A stretch of 64,000 nt of DNA from Eledone cirrhosa (Eukaryota), in NCBI GenBank assembly GCA_964016885.1, contig OZ024745.1:69130001-69194000 (forward strand), read 5' to 3'. Below, piece by piece: positions 1-13,910 of the stretch. Position numbers and translations under genes: made by a program. The number at the start of each line of letters is the position of its first letter. Within the stretch, counting starts at the first letter, position 1. Below the pieces are notes generated by a model, which had not been told where the DNA came from, did no database searches, and saw only the letters and a program-made list of their open reading frames with translations.

Positions 1-312
1 ATTTTATAGCAATGCTTAACGATTAATCTAACATGCTGTATGAGTGGTTTGGTTATTGATAAAACCATTCCCATTCTAGACGTTGTTTATCGAATTTAAT
101 AACAACTCAGAAAGCATGGTGCCTTTACTCTGACCCCAGACTTTTCTAATGTAATCCTTTCTATTTGATCAAGGGAACACAGTCAATGAATAATGGTTTC
201 TCAATGATGCCCCCCCTTCTTCTTTTCAACAACCCCTTCCTCATCTATCCCTTCGCCTCTTCTACATTTCTACATCTCCTGGTCACATGTTCCCTTTATT
301 TCATTTCTTCCA

Positions 313-2428
<2,116 letters not shown>

Positions 2429-2599
2429 GCACCAGGGAACTTAGCCAATATATTACATTGTTTATGTATCAACATTTGTTTGTTTATAATCAATTCTGTA
2501 GGTTATGGGGCCATATTTGATCCCAAAAGAGATGTGTGGAACCCCGAATAGGAAAAAGTAGGATATATATCATTCTTCTCCCTTCCCCTCTGTATACTA

Positions 2600-3035
2600 G
2601 CTCCACCACCATCAGCTTCAGCATACATTAACAACAAGCCACCACAATCAGCATCAGCATACATTAATAACAACGCCACCACCACCAATAGCAAGAACAC
2701 CAGAGTCACAAGCACTATCAGCACCATCACTACTGCGACCACTACCTCTATAACCAACATCGAAACCTATACATCAATATTGCCGCTACCACCACCACCA
2801 CCACCACCACCACCACCACCATGGACACTAGGTCATAGCTGGTAGGGTTTTAACCAATGTTCTGCTCATTCAAGGTTGAGCTAAGCAAAAACACCAATAA
2901 CTAGAACTACAACAGAACCCCTATTACCACTACCACCTCCACCACCACCAGCACCTCTACCACCACCACCACCACCACCACCAACAACAACAACTCCATT
3001 ACTACAACTATTATCTTCACCAATACCATCACCAC
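2600..3035. repeat. Degenerate (CCA/CAA)n low-complexity tract
   Basis: Runs of accaccacc/acaacaac at ~2787-2820 and ~2925-2995. Confidence 0.85.
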
Positions 3036-4110
3036 TGTCGAATTATATTGAAGATGATAGATTAACTCTTTTGTCAATATATATTGAAAAAGAGTTGATC
3101 AACTTCTTTCTCAAGATTTATTGAAGGACAGATGTTTCATTAACTACACTGTTAAATTATATCTGCTAAATGACAACATTGTCAATTTATATGAAATATT
3201 GCTCCCTAACTAAAATATTAATTTATGTTAAAAAATGTCAATTCATATAGAAGGATAGGCTGTTGACTAACTTCATTGCCAATATATATTGACGGATTGA
3301 CATTTGACTGACTAAACTGTCAATATATATTGAACTACAGACTGTTGACTATCTACACTGTCAATTTGTATCAAACTATAGACTCTCGACTACATATACT
3401 GTCAACATATATTGGAGGATAAACTGTTTACGAAATGAACTGTCAATATATATTGATGCCTATATTATTGATTAACTATGCTCTCAATTTATATGGACGG
3501 ATAAACTGTTGAGCAAATACTCTGCCAATTTATGTTGAAGGATAGTCCACTGACTAAATACTTGTACTGTGTCAATTTCATTAGAAGGATATACCATTGA
3601 ATAACTACACGATCAATATATATTCAAGGATATATGCAGCCCAAACACCCCAATCCCTAGGCCCAGAGCCTATCACCCTCTACTCTTCCCCATCCCTTTC
3701 TTCTGTGGCCTAGTAGTCCTTCTTTTTCACTCCTTTTCCTCACATATATAGCATTTATAGTCCTTTCCTCTACTTTCCCATCCAGCCAGATCTGCCCTTC
3801 TTTACCCCTTCCCCTTTTTGTTTTCATATTGGTTTGTAAATCAACTTTGTGAATAAACATTTATTTTATTTTTAAAAATGTTGATTAACTACACGGTCAA
3901 TGTATATTGAACACTGTTAACTAACTACACAGTCAATGTATATTGAACACTGTTGACTAATTACACGGTCAACTTATTCTTAAGGATAAACTGTTCAGTA
4001 ACTACGCCGTCATATTGGATGATATGCTGTTGAATAACTTTACCGTCAATTTATTTTGTTGAAGGATGGACCATTGACTAACAACAGTGTAAATTTATAT
4101 TGAGAGATAT
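3035..4110. repeat. Degenerate minisatellite, ~36-42-bp unit (approx. ctgtcaatatatattgaaggatagactgttgactaactaca), interrupted at ~3636-3877
   Basis: Recurrent gtcaat-atattgaagga-ctgttgactaactacac motifs, about 20 copies. Confidence 0.85.
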
Positions 4111-4390
4111 ACATTTTAAATTCACTTAGGATATATACGGAAGTGTTCCAGACCACAGGTCATGATTGACGGGTGGGAGGAAGCGATTAATTTATCACCT
4201 GACTGGATACTTTGCCTGAACGCTAGACACATCCAATGTCCACATGGTAATGTTAACTAGACCGTAAATTAAGTCTGCCAGTCAAGCTGTTAAGCTGTCC
4301 AGAGAGCGTATTACTGGTATATTATAACTGGAAACAGAATCTAACGCTACAATTCCTATAGCCCAATTGTTACTGTGTTTAGATCTGTAA

Positions 4391-4430
<40 letters not shown>

Positions 4431-4431
4431 G

Positions 4432-4497
<66 letters not shown>
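4391..4497. repeat. (TAC)n microsatellite
   Basis: Direct observation. Confidence 0.97.
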
Positions 4498-5280
4498 ATG
4501 TTGGAGAAAGGCATAGTCGTTTAATATATCGACCACAGTATTTGACTGGTACTTATTTTATAGTTCCCGGGGCTTTAAAAGATAAACTCGATCTTATGGA
4601 GGTTGTCTTCCCTCCTTCCGGCAAAGAGAACATAATTACCAGTGAATTATTAAGATCGATATAATCGATAATACCCTTCCTCGAAATTTCTGGTTTGTGC
4701 CTATGTTATAAATCAATATTACTATTCGATTTGTAAAGCGGCAGCCAGCGAAAACTGCCAAACAAAAGTCCTACTGATTTCTATCATTGGAAAATTAAAA
4801 CAAAGCCATACATTTGTGAGGGTGAGGTCATAGACCTAAATTGATTCCTACTATACAACTTGAATTAGCAGAGTCGTTAAAGCGTCGGAATAAATGTCTC
4901 AGCAGTTGCTCCGCGTTCTGCACTCGAAGTTCAAATCCGCCCGAGATCAACTTTACCTTGCAATATGATTAGATTAGCTGCATTGTTTACAAAAAGTGTC
5001 GGATGGGATGTTTTGCTGTATTAATTCCGGGTCTATACATTCTTAGTTAAAAAATTATGTTTATCCCCAGCCGAGAGATAATAAAGGGAGGTTTTCGTTT
5101 GTCAGTTTTCTGATCTTTTCATGTGTGCTTATATATATATATATATATATATGCAAAAGTTCTATTTAAATTGTTGGAATACAACAAGCAAATATTTTTA
5201 TAACTGATATAAAGCACTCGACAAGTATTTGGAGTAAATATACGATATTAACAAATGGAAACTATATTTATAAAACCATA

Positions 5281-5350
5281 TCTATTGTATTATACATATT
5301 TCAAGGATACCATGTTAAATTATGGTATGCTTTCATCAGACAAAATACAA
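5281..5350 (-). ncRNA. Type I hammerhead ribozyme (family A, minus arm)
   Basis: Minus strand reads TATTTTGT-CTGATGA-aagcataccat/aatttaac/atggtatcctt-GAA-ATATGTAT-A-ATACAATA. Core intact; stems I and II pair. Confidence 0.8.
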
Positions 5351-5360
5351 TATATACCAG

Positions 5361-5430
5361 TTTTATTTTGTCTGATGAAAGCATACCATAATTTAACATG
5401 GTATCCTTGAAATATGTATAATGAAATAGA
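5361..5430 (+). ncRNA. Type I hammerhead ribozyme (family A, plus arm)
   Basis: CTGATGA at 5372-5378; stem II aagcataccat/atggtatcctt; GAAA at 5409-5412; stem III ATATGTAT; predicted cleavage after A5420; stem I ttttattttgt/atgaaataga. Confidence 0.85.
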
Positions 5431-5456
5431 TATGGTTTTATAAATATAGTTTCCAT

Positions 5457-5520
<64 letters not shown>

Positions 5521-5571
5521 ATATATATGTGTCTGCTTATATATATATATATATATATATATATGTCTCTG

Positions 5572-5624
<53 letters not shown>

Positions 5625-6032
5625 GTGTGTGTTTGTGTGTGTATGTGTGTGTGTGTGTCTGTGTGTAGGATATCGGTAGTTAACAATGTTCAATATATTG
5701 AAAGAGAGCTTATTTAGTACATTTAATGTCTCATATAATTAACATATATTTGCGACCTTAGGTTTCGGGTTCTCTCAACGGGCACTAAGACAAAATTACA
5801 AAAACAATCCCGTTAAACCAAATATTGTCGGCTAAGGGTTATTTTTTCATAAATTTGTCCCTTTTGTTCTGATTTTCTAGTGCTAATTCTCATCTTGTGC
5901 GGTCAGATTTTCAGACGCATACACACATGCATAAACATTTACGTAGATAGAAATACACCCAAATAAGCACGTATACGTATATGTGTTTATGCACTTCCAC
6001 ACACATATATACATCTAGGTATACACACAAAT

Positions 6033-6068
<36 letters not shown>

Positions 6069-7189
6069 CTATATATATATACAGGAGTGGTATTACATAC
6101 ATTTGTATGTGGATCATGGTTTAGTTGTAAAATTCCTGGTGGTATATAAGTTAATACTACTGTGGCCATATATTCTAACCGATCTAATATATCGTTCACG
6201 TTTATTCCAATGTTTCTATATATTTTCTATTACTCCTATAATATTTCCTATTATATATTATGGGTTTACCTTTGCATTTATATTCATCTAACAATTTTGT
6301 TCAGAACTATAAAGTAAAACTGTGAGAGAAGTTAAAAATCAATGAATTACCTCCCTCTACTATTATATAATATTATATAATGAGAATACTTAAGTCAAAC
6401 ATGGCAATGCTTATTAAGAGTTTCTTCTTCGCGTGTTTCAGATATATAAAACCTACAGATAATAAATAATATATAGTAGTATGAATTAAATATTTCCCTT
6501 TAAGCTAAGCTATTAAATATATACATAGGATAAATCTAAATGTCCAGTACTGGCCTTACATACGAAAACTACAATTAAGAATCATTATGTATATTCGTGT
6601 AATAATACTGCAGTAACACGTTTCAACCACATTTGATTCTACTTAAATGTACCTTGAGGCGAATTGCCAGAGTTGTTGGGGTATCAGATTAAATGATAAG
6701 GTATCTGTTTTGGTAATGTGCGTTCTCAGTTCAAATGCCACCTCCTGTCATCTTAACAGCTATGACGTTTCTGTCAGAAGTTGCAACTAACAGATAATAC
6801 TAGCAATGGGAAACGCCATGGAAACGTAGTCTTTGTTTCGATCGGACGATTGGTTCCTTTCTCCTTTCTGGTTGTACTTTAATGAATCATTAAAGATATG
6901 AATTAATAATAGATTTCAGAACAACTAAAACCATAGATTTTTTAGCACTAACATGTTTAGAGTGGTGGTGGATTAATTAAATTGTGTGGAGTGGTGGAGT
7001 AATTAAATTGCAATATTTCTACCCGCTCTTTATTATTTGAATTCAAATCTTACCCGGTTCAACTTAGCTTCTTTTTCATTCCGAGATTCATAAAGCTGCT
7101 GCATATCGAGGTTTCGTTTGCGTTAAACGTTTGTGAGCTCATCGCAGAGTTAAAGCCTAGCTGATTCTGGTTCTTCCAACTGATTAAAC

Positions 7190-7308
7190 TGGATGAAACG
7201 TGAAAATGAGAAACTTGCTCAAAGACACAATACACTACCCGGCACGGGTATCAAACCCAAAATTGTTATATTGTGGGCCCTACACCCTAACCAATATGCG
7301 ATACGCCT
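7190..7308 (-). mobile_element. Degenerate tRNA-derived CORE-type SINE fragment
   Basis: cttgctcaaagacacaa...gggtatcaaaccc matches the reverse complement of a B-box head plus CORE-like 'gtgtccttgagcaag'. Similar copies at ~10345-10460, 51845-51930, 59810-59920, 61110-61228 and 61412-61528. Confidence 0.55.
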
Positions 7309-7741
7309 CTACAACGATAAAATAAAGTACATGTTAATATCTGGAGTCGATTTAACTGACGGTCAATCTGTGGCAAAATGAAATTACTTAGGATGATACA
7401 GAAGAGCGCAAAATTCCCTGCGAACTAGGTGGTATCGATGATGGGTTAAGTGATATACCGATTGAAATGCACTGGTATGCTTATTTCTATGTGCATATAT
7501 GTGTATAAGTTTGTGCATATGTATGAGTAGTATGCACGTGCGCAGTTGTAAGACAAACAGTTATATTTGCTTGAGCTTTTCCTCTTTCCCTTCGTGTTCT
7601 TCGCTACTTACCCCACTTAAGACCATCTTATAAAGTCATCACATGTGGCTCTATATACCTGTCAGCAAAGATCCTTCCATATCATCCATCTCTTCTGTTT
7701 GAGGAGCAAATCAAACAAATTGGAGCCTTTGTATACACACA

Positions 7742-7780
<39 letters not shown>

Positions 7781-7786
7781 CTTTAT

Positions 7787-7851
<65 letters not shown>

Positions 7852-8878
7852 TGAGGGAGGAAGATAGAGAGGGAGAGATGAGAGAGAGAGAGAGAGAGAG
7901 AGATAGATGGGGAGGGAGATAGAGAGGGAGAGACGGAGAGAGTGCGGTCCTGAGACCGGCGAGTCCCTTAATCATGTGAGCACTCAATGCATGGGGAGAC
8001 GCAGAGTGGTTATAGAGATATGTAAAATCCCGACCGCCTGTGTATACATCCATATATGTATCTACATCTATCTATCTATATATATCTATATATATATGCA
8101 TATATATATATGTATGCGTGTATGTGTTTATGGACATGTGTATTTATGTGTATTTATGTATTCTTTGAATATAGGTGAGGCTTACATCCTGCCCCCAAAG
8201 AAGACAGTAGCATAACACGACCATATTTAAATTTCCCTGTAAATCTCTTATCTTATGCTTGCGATGTTACTAGGATATTTTTGAAATAAAATGGAAGAAA
8301 CAGCTTGAATCCTTTTTATCATAATGACGGCTACACACACACAAACGTACACTCAGTCACACACAGATACATACATACACACATACATATATACACATTT
8401 ACAAACATACACGCCCATCCATCCATACATACATATAAGAACACATACACACAAAAACATACAAACACAGACACAAAACATATATTCACTCATACTCACG
8501 CATACTCCCACATAAAAATAGATACATACATACACACATACAAACACAATCACACATGTACCCACATGCACACACACACACACATTCACATACACACATA
8601 AACACGCAGTTTAATTTCCCCTATGTCTTATAATTGGCAACATTGAGACATATTATCTCCACTTATTTATTTCTGTTGAAAGTTAAAAATAATGGCGGAT
8701 AAGAACAAGGTGAGTTTTGGGAGAACTCAACAGCATCATCAACATCGTCAAAAACAATAATAATTTTTTCCCCTTTTTTAAGTACGTCTAGGTGAAGCGT
8801 ATTAATTGGCTTCAGATCAGTCCCTGATCTGAGGCTCCATAAATCGCGTTGGATTCTGGCATTGTTAGTGATGGTAGA

Positions 8879-10320
8879 AATTTAATAATTGTTTCTACTT
8901 TTGGCACAACCAAAGTACATTACTGGTACTTTATTTTATCGACCCCGTGAGGATGAAAGGCAAAGTTAACCTCAGACCGTAAAGGGACGTAACTATGCTG
9001 GAAAGCATGGTATCCGACCTTCTACCGATACTGCCACTTCAAATTTAATAATAATGGTTTCCTATATAGGCACAAGGTCAGGAATTTTGGGGGAGGGGAA
9101 AGTCGATTAAATCGACCCTAGTGTATTACTGATGCTTTATTTATCGGCCCCGTAAGGATGAAAGGCAAAGTTAACGTCGGCGGAATTTTGAATTCAGACC
9201 GTAAAGGGACGTAACTATGCTGGAAAGCATGGCGTCCGACCCTCTGCCAATACTGCCAATTCAAATTTAATAATAATTGTTTCTACATTTGGCACAAGGC
9301 CAGCAAATACCCAGTACATTACTGGTACTTTATTTTATCGACCCCGTAAGGATGAAAGGCAAAGTCAACCTCGACGGGATTTGAATTCAGACCGTAAAGG
9401 GACATAACTAATTTAATAATTGTTTCTACTTTAGGCACAAGGCCAGCAATTACCCAGTGCATTACTGGTACTTTATTTTATCGACCCCGTAAGGATGAAA
9501 GGCAAAGTCAACCTCGGCGGGATTTGAACTCAGATCGTAAAGGGACTTAACTATGCTGGAAAGCATGGCGTCCGACCCTCTACCGATACTGCCAATCCAC
9601 AGGCACAAGGCCAGTAATTTTGGGGAGGGGAAAGTCGATTAAATCGACCCAGTGCATTACTGATGCTTTATTTATCGACCCCGTAAGGATGAAAGGCCAA
9701 GCTAACCTCAGCGGAATTTGAAATCAGAATGTACAGAGCCGTAACTCTATACCGCGAAGCATGGCGTCCGGCGCTCTACAAATACTGCGGATCCATATAA
9801 TAATAAAAAAAAAATGGTTTCTTTATAAGCCTAACGGTTTACATTAAGAAGACAATAACGACGGTACAGGACAGTACTGTGTGTGCGGGGAAGATTTATA
9901 AAGAAGAGCATACAAAATCGTAACTAAGTACTGCAAAGCATTTGGTCCGACGCTCTACAGATTCTGCTTATCTACCATCCTTTTACTCTTTTCTTAGACA
10001 CAAGGCCAGCAAATTATAAGGGCACATTATTTTATCAACCACAGAAGGAGGAAATGCAAAAGTGACTGTGGGAAGATTGGAACTCAGAACGTAAGGGCAT
10101 TAAGAAAAGGTCGTAAAACGTATCCCCCACACCTAACGATTTTGCCAAATCACCGCCAATAAATTAAATGATTTCTCCTTTAGGTACAAGGCCAAGAATT
10201 TCTGTGTTAAGGCTGAGGGTGGGGAAGTCGATTAAATCGGCTCCAGTAACTTGGCTGGTAATTTATATTATCAGCCTCGAAATACTGAAAGGCAAAGTTG
10301 ACCTCGGCTATTTTGAATTA
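8879..10320 (-). mobile_element. Head-to-tail array of about 8 tRNA-derived SINEs with a Meta-like central domain
   Basis: Repeated reverse complement of ggcagtatcggtagag...gagttcaaatcccgccgaggttgactttgcctttcatccttacggggtcgataaaataaagtaccag...ttgtgcctaaagtagaaacaattatt. Confidence 0.9.
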
Positions 10321-11099
10321 CATGTACAACACATTTTTGCCAGGTGTGGAGAAGCATGAAATACACTGTCTTGTTGAAGAGTGCTACGAGCCAACAGGAA
10401 TCGAACTCAACATATTATGACCATGAGGAAAACAACCCAAACACTAAAACACGCTCCGCTACAATTATAAATAAAGAAGAGAATAGATCTTCAAAAAATA
10501 CGATAGATCATATAGATAAAAAAAGATTTTAGGAAATTGTTTTAAAAACATTCTTTGTGAAAAACAAAAAATAAAAACGTTTATTTTGGAAAGAACAAGT
10601 GGAAACTAATTTAAGTTAATGAGAAACAAATAAATTCTAGAAATTCTGTAAGTAGTGGCACAAGAATGCCACAAAAATAAATAGACAAGTATAAACATTG
10701 AGAAATGAAAATGTAAACAATTATATGGTAAACATTAAATAGATGAACAACATCCCTTAGCTACTTCTTTGCTTTTTGGTAGTAGCTCGGTGTTCTGTAT
10801 TGTCAGGTTAATAGGTCTCTGATTAAATATACTAATATACCCAGAAAAAGGTGACAGCACTGATGTTAAATGTAGAATGTGTCGTCTCTGAAGTAGTATC
10901 AAGAGGCAACTAATTGGATACAATAATCCTAATTTAATGCGAAGATCAACAGATGTATTGATTAGTAACAGAATAAGGATAGATATTTAGTTTGTTTATA
11001 AAATGAATTTCTTCAGGATAGAAGGATAAAAGGTGTCAAGTTATGAAATCAATAAAGCTCTCTCTCTCTCCCCCCCCCTCTCTCTCTCCCTCTCTCTCT

Positions 11100-11134
<35 letters not shown>

Positions 11135-11204
11135 TTATATATATATACATATATATGAATATATCTGAACATATCAAAGTTATGCACACAACCCCCTCAC
11201 ACAC

Positions 11205-11249
<45 letters not shown>

Positions 11250-11409
11250 CATACATATATAGTGTTACATATGTGTATCTTTATATATAAAAACATAAAT
11301 ATTTTCTCTCTTTCTTTCTTTCATACCACTTTACACTAACGGGCGGCTGAAGAAGGTGTATTTGTGTCTGTGTTACAATTTCTTATATGTATTCCTTGTT
11401 TTGAGGACT

Positions 11410-11449
<40 letters not shown>

Positions 11450-13261
11450 AAACATTTATATGTAAACTGTTTCTGCATAAGTTTCTACTAGGTATAGCTC
11501 GTTCTCAATTTTCACGCTGTGGCGTGAACCACCAATTGCAAGGAAGGGATTCAGTTTAAGTGGACAATAAACTCTACGATATAGAATGATTACTCTCTTC
11601 ATTCGTCACAAGACAATAAATTTTGATCACACACACATATATATATAATATATATACCCCACCCCGCCACACATATATGTACGTAATTTGAGCCTACGAA
11701 ATTCCACTCACAACTACAGCATTAAGTGATATCTCATCCCCTTTAACTACATGGTAGCGTTTCGGACACACTTATAAAAGTGAGGGTCAGACTTAATACA
11801 CCAACACGTTGTCGCTGTGTATCTTTGGAGAAGTTCACTCTGTTCGAATCATTGAAGCATTGAGAACAGATCTCAGGTTTGAGGATAACTTGATTCCTCC
11901 CTTCCAGCAATTTTAGAAGCTGCGGAAAGAGTCACGAGCACTGTCCTTCCTTCACTGCATAACAAGATGATAAAATATGCAAATTTGACCGAAATACGCC
12001 AATGATCGAACATGAAGCGTTTTTTGTTATGAATTGGTAACTATCTGTTTGTTTGTGACATTATTTGGGTTATGAAGCTATGTGGTTTTCATAATCTTGT
12101 GCTACTTCGCTCTGATGAGTCAAATAGTAAAACGGCGGTAGACTACATGTGTGTATGAGAGAGAGTGGTGTGGGAGAAATTGGTGATGTCATCTCATGGT
12201 TTCAGGCACACTACAAACACTCCTCTGGGATGGTATATATTGCGACATGTTCTCTGGTGCCAACCTCATCGCTTCAGTCACCAACACTGGCATCGTCGTC
12301 CATAATGCAGAGGAAAGGAAGATAACTGTCAGAGGAAAGGAAGATAGCTGTCATTTTTCTCCGCAAGATTGGAAGCAAGGTAACTTGCCCCTAGAAGTGG
12401 AATGGCTGATGTAGCGTGTATCGTTAGCTATGCTCTCGTAACATGGATATATCACATGGCCAAGGGTGTAAAGAACTTACCCTTCACCATTTCTTTCCCT
12501 TCCTTTTACATATTTATCTTCCTCGCCACCTCCATTTTCTCTCATCCTGTTTGCAATGATATACGACTGAATATGACATTTTGAATCAATAAAACTATTT
12601 CTAACGACACTCTATCTAATTGCTAAATATTTTAAATTCATAATGACAAAACAACAAAATTAAATGATAGAGAGAAAACAGGTGGAAAGAATAAAAAGGA
12701 AAACACAAATAGAAATGAAAAACAAAAAAAAGGTGGGAGAACTATGATGGGTGGGTGGGAGTAAACTTCGCACTCCTGACTGCTAAATATATCTCAGCAA
12801 TGCCCCGCTGAAAACAAAACAAAACAAAAAACAGGTGAATACTAACGGCCTTCGAGTCCATAAGGAGGTATCTACCTGGTTACTACATATGTTAAGAATA
12901 TTTACCAAATCTCTTTAAATCTAAATCTATCGGCTTTAAATAAAATAAATGAACATAGTGCAGATAAGCAAAAATAAAGCTAATGCTACTCACGTACAGC
13001 AACATTTCGATGTCATACACAAATGGGCCGAGAACAATTATATGCGGTTTAATGACGGAAGATTTCAATCACATCGCTCCCAACGCTCTTAAGAAAACAT
13101 AGTAGCAAGGTGGTTTGAAACAGATAAACTGTCTGAAAAGACTGGATACTCACGGCTAGAATGTTTCTGATCATAGATCTGCTCGACTATTGGTGAAATT
13201 GTGCATAACGGAAGCAACAACAACTCTATACTTATTAACAAAGAAAAGTATGATGAAGTTC

Positions 13262-13540
13262 ATAGACGTGAAAACGCATCGCTAAGTTGTTCCGCTCACG
13301 ATCCTAGTCAGGAATTTGATTCCTGGCTGCGAATTGTATCAGGGAACAAGACACATTTATCCTGTCCACTCAATAGGCGAAAATGAGTTATACCTGTAAT
13401 TCTAAGGGCCAGAGAATTTTGTAAAGGGCGCATGTGTTTGTGAAATGCTCGGGAACTTGCACATTAATTTCACGAGCAAGCTTTTCCGTCTTTCGAGCAA
13501 CTAGTATACACGGTATCAGAACTGACGGCAGTTCAGCACA
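13262..13540 (+). mobile_element. Degenerate SINE (tRNA head, CORE-like middle, LINE-like tail)
   Basis: B-box-like ggaatttgattcctggc, then aacaagacacattt, then a tail aacttgcacattaatttcacgagcaag ending in (CA)n. Confidence 0.45.
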
Positions 13541-13910
13541 CACACACACACATACGTTGAGAAATGATATTGAACCCTAAAAGTTGAGATGTCATTGAAA
13601 GTCATTGAATAGATTGAATGGTGTAAGAGGCATTAAGATCTGTGAATTTGATAAAATTCAAAGGAAAATTTAAATAAAACGAAAAAAAAAAAAAAAGCGG
13701 AATTATATTCAGTTTTTCAGCACGACACGCTTGAAGGATATGTCGCTACACACACACACACACGCACGCACACACGCACACACACACGCGCACACACACA
13801 CACACACACACGCGCGCATACATACAAACATAGATATATATAAATGGTGAATTTACACCAGCGATCTTCGTTAATTTTTATTATATATATCTATCTAGGT
13901 AACTATCTAT

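Larger units (their letters stand above)
5152..5466. mobile_element. Non-autonomous hammerhead-bearing mini-element (family A, copy 1) with inverted arms, inside (TA)n; probably derived from a Penelope-like pLTR
   Basis: (TA)n on both sides. The leader 5152-5240 is homologous to 54261-54355. Arms 5245-5347 and 5364-5466 are reverse complements. Confidence 0.75.

Noticed and set aside
7940-8010. ECGPETGESLNHVSTQC, a possible retroelement Zn-knuckle remnant
   Set aside because: Too short and isolated to support.
12100-12150. ctCTGATGAgtcaaatagtaaaacggcggtaga, a hammerhead-like core
   Set aside because: No GAAA, and stems I and II do not pair convincingly; at best a decayed relic.
11730-12420. 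Moderately GC-rich unique stretch, possibly coding
   Set aside because: No recognisable motif in the frames inspected by eye; BLASTX would be needed.
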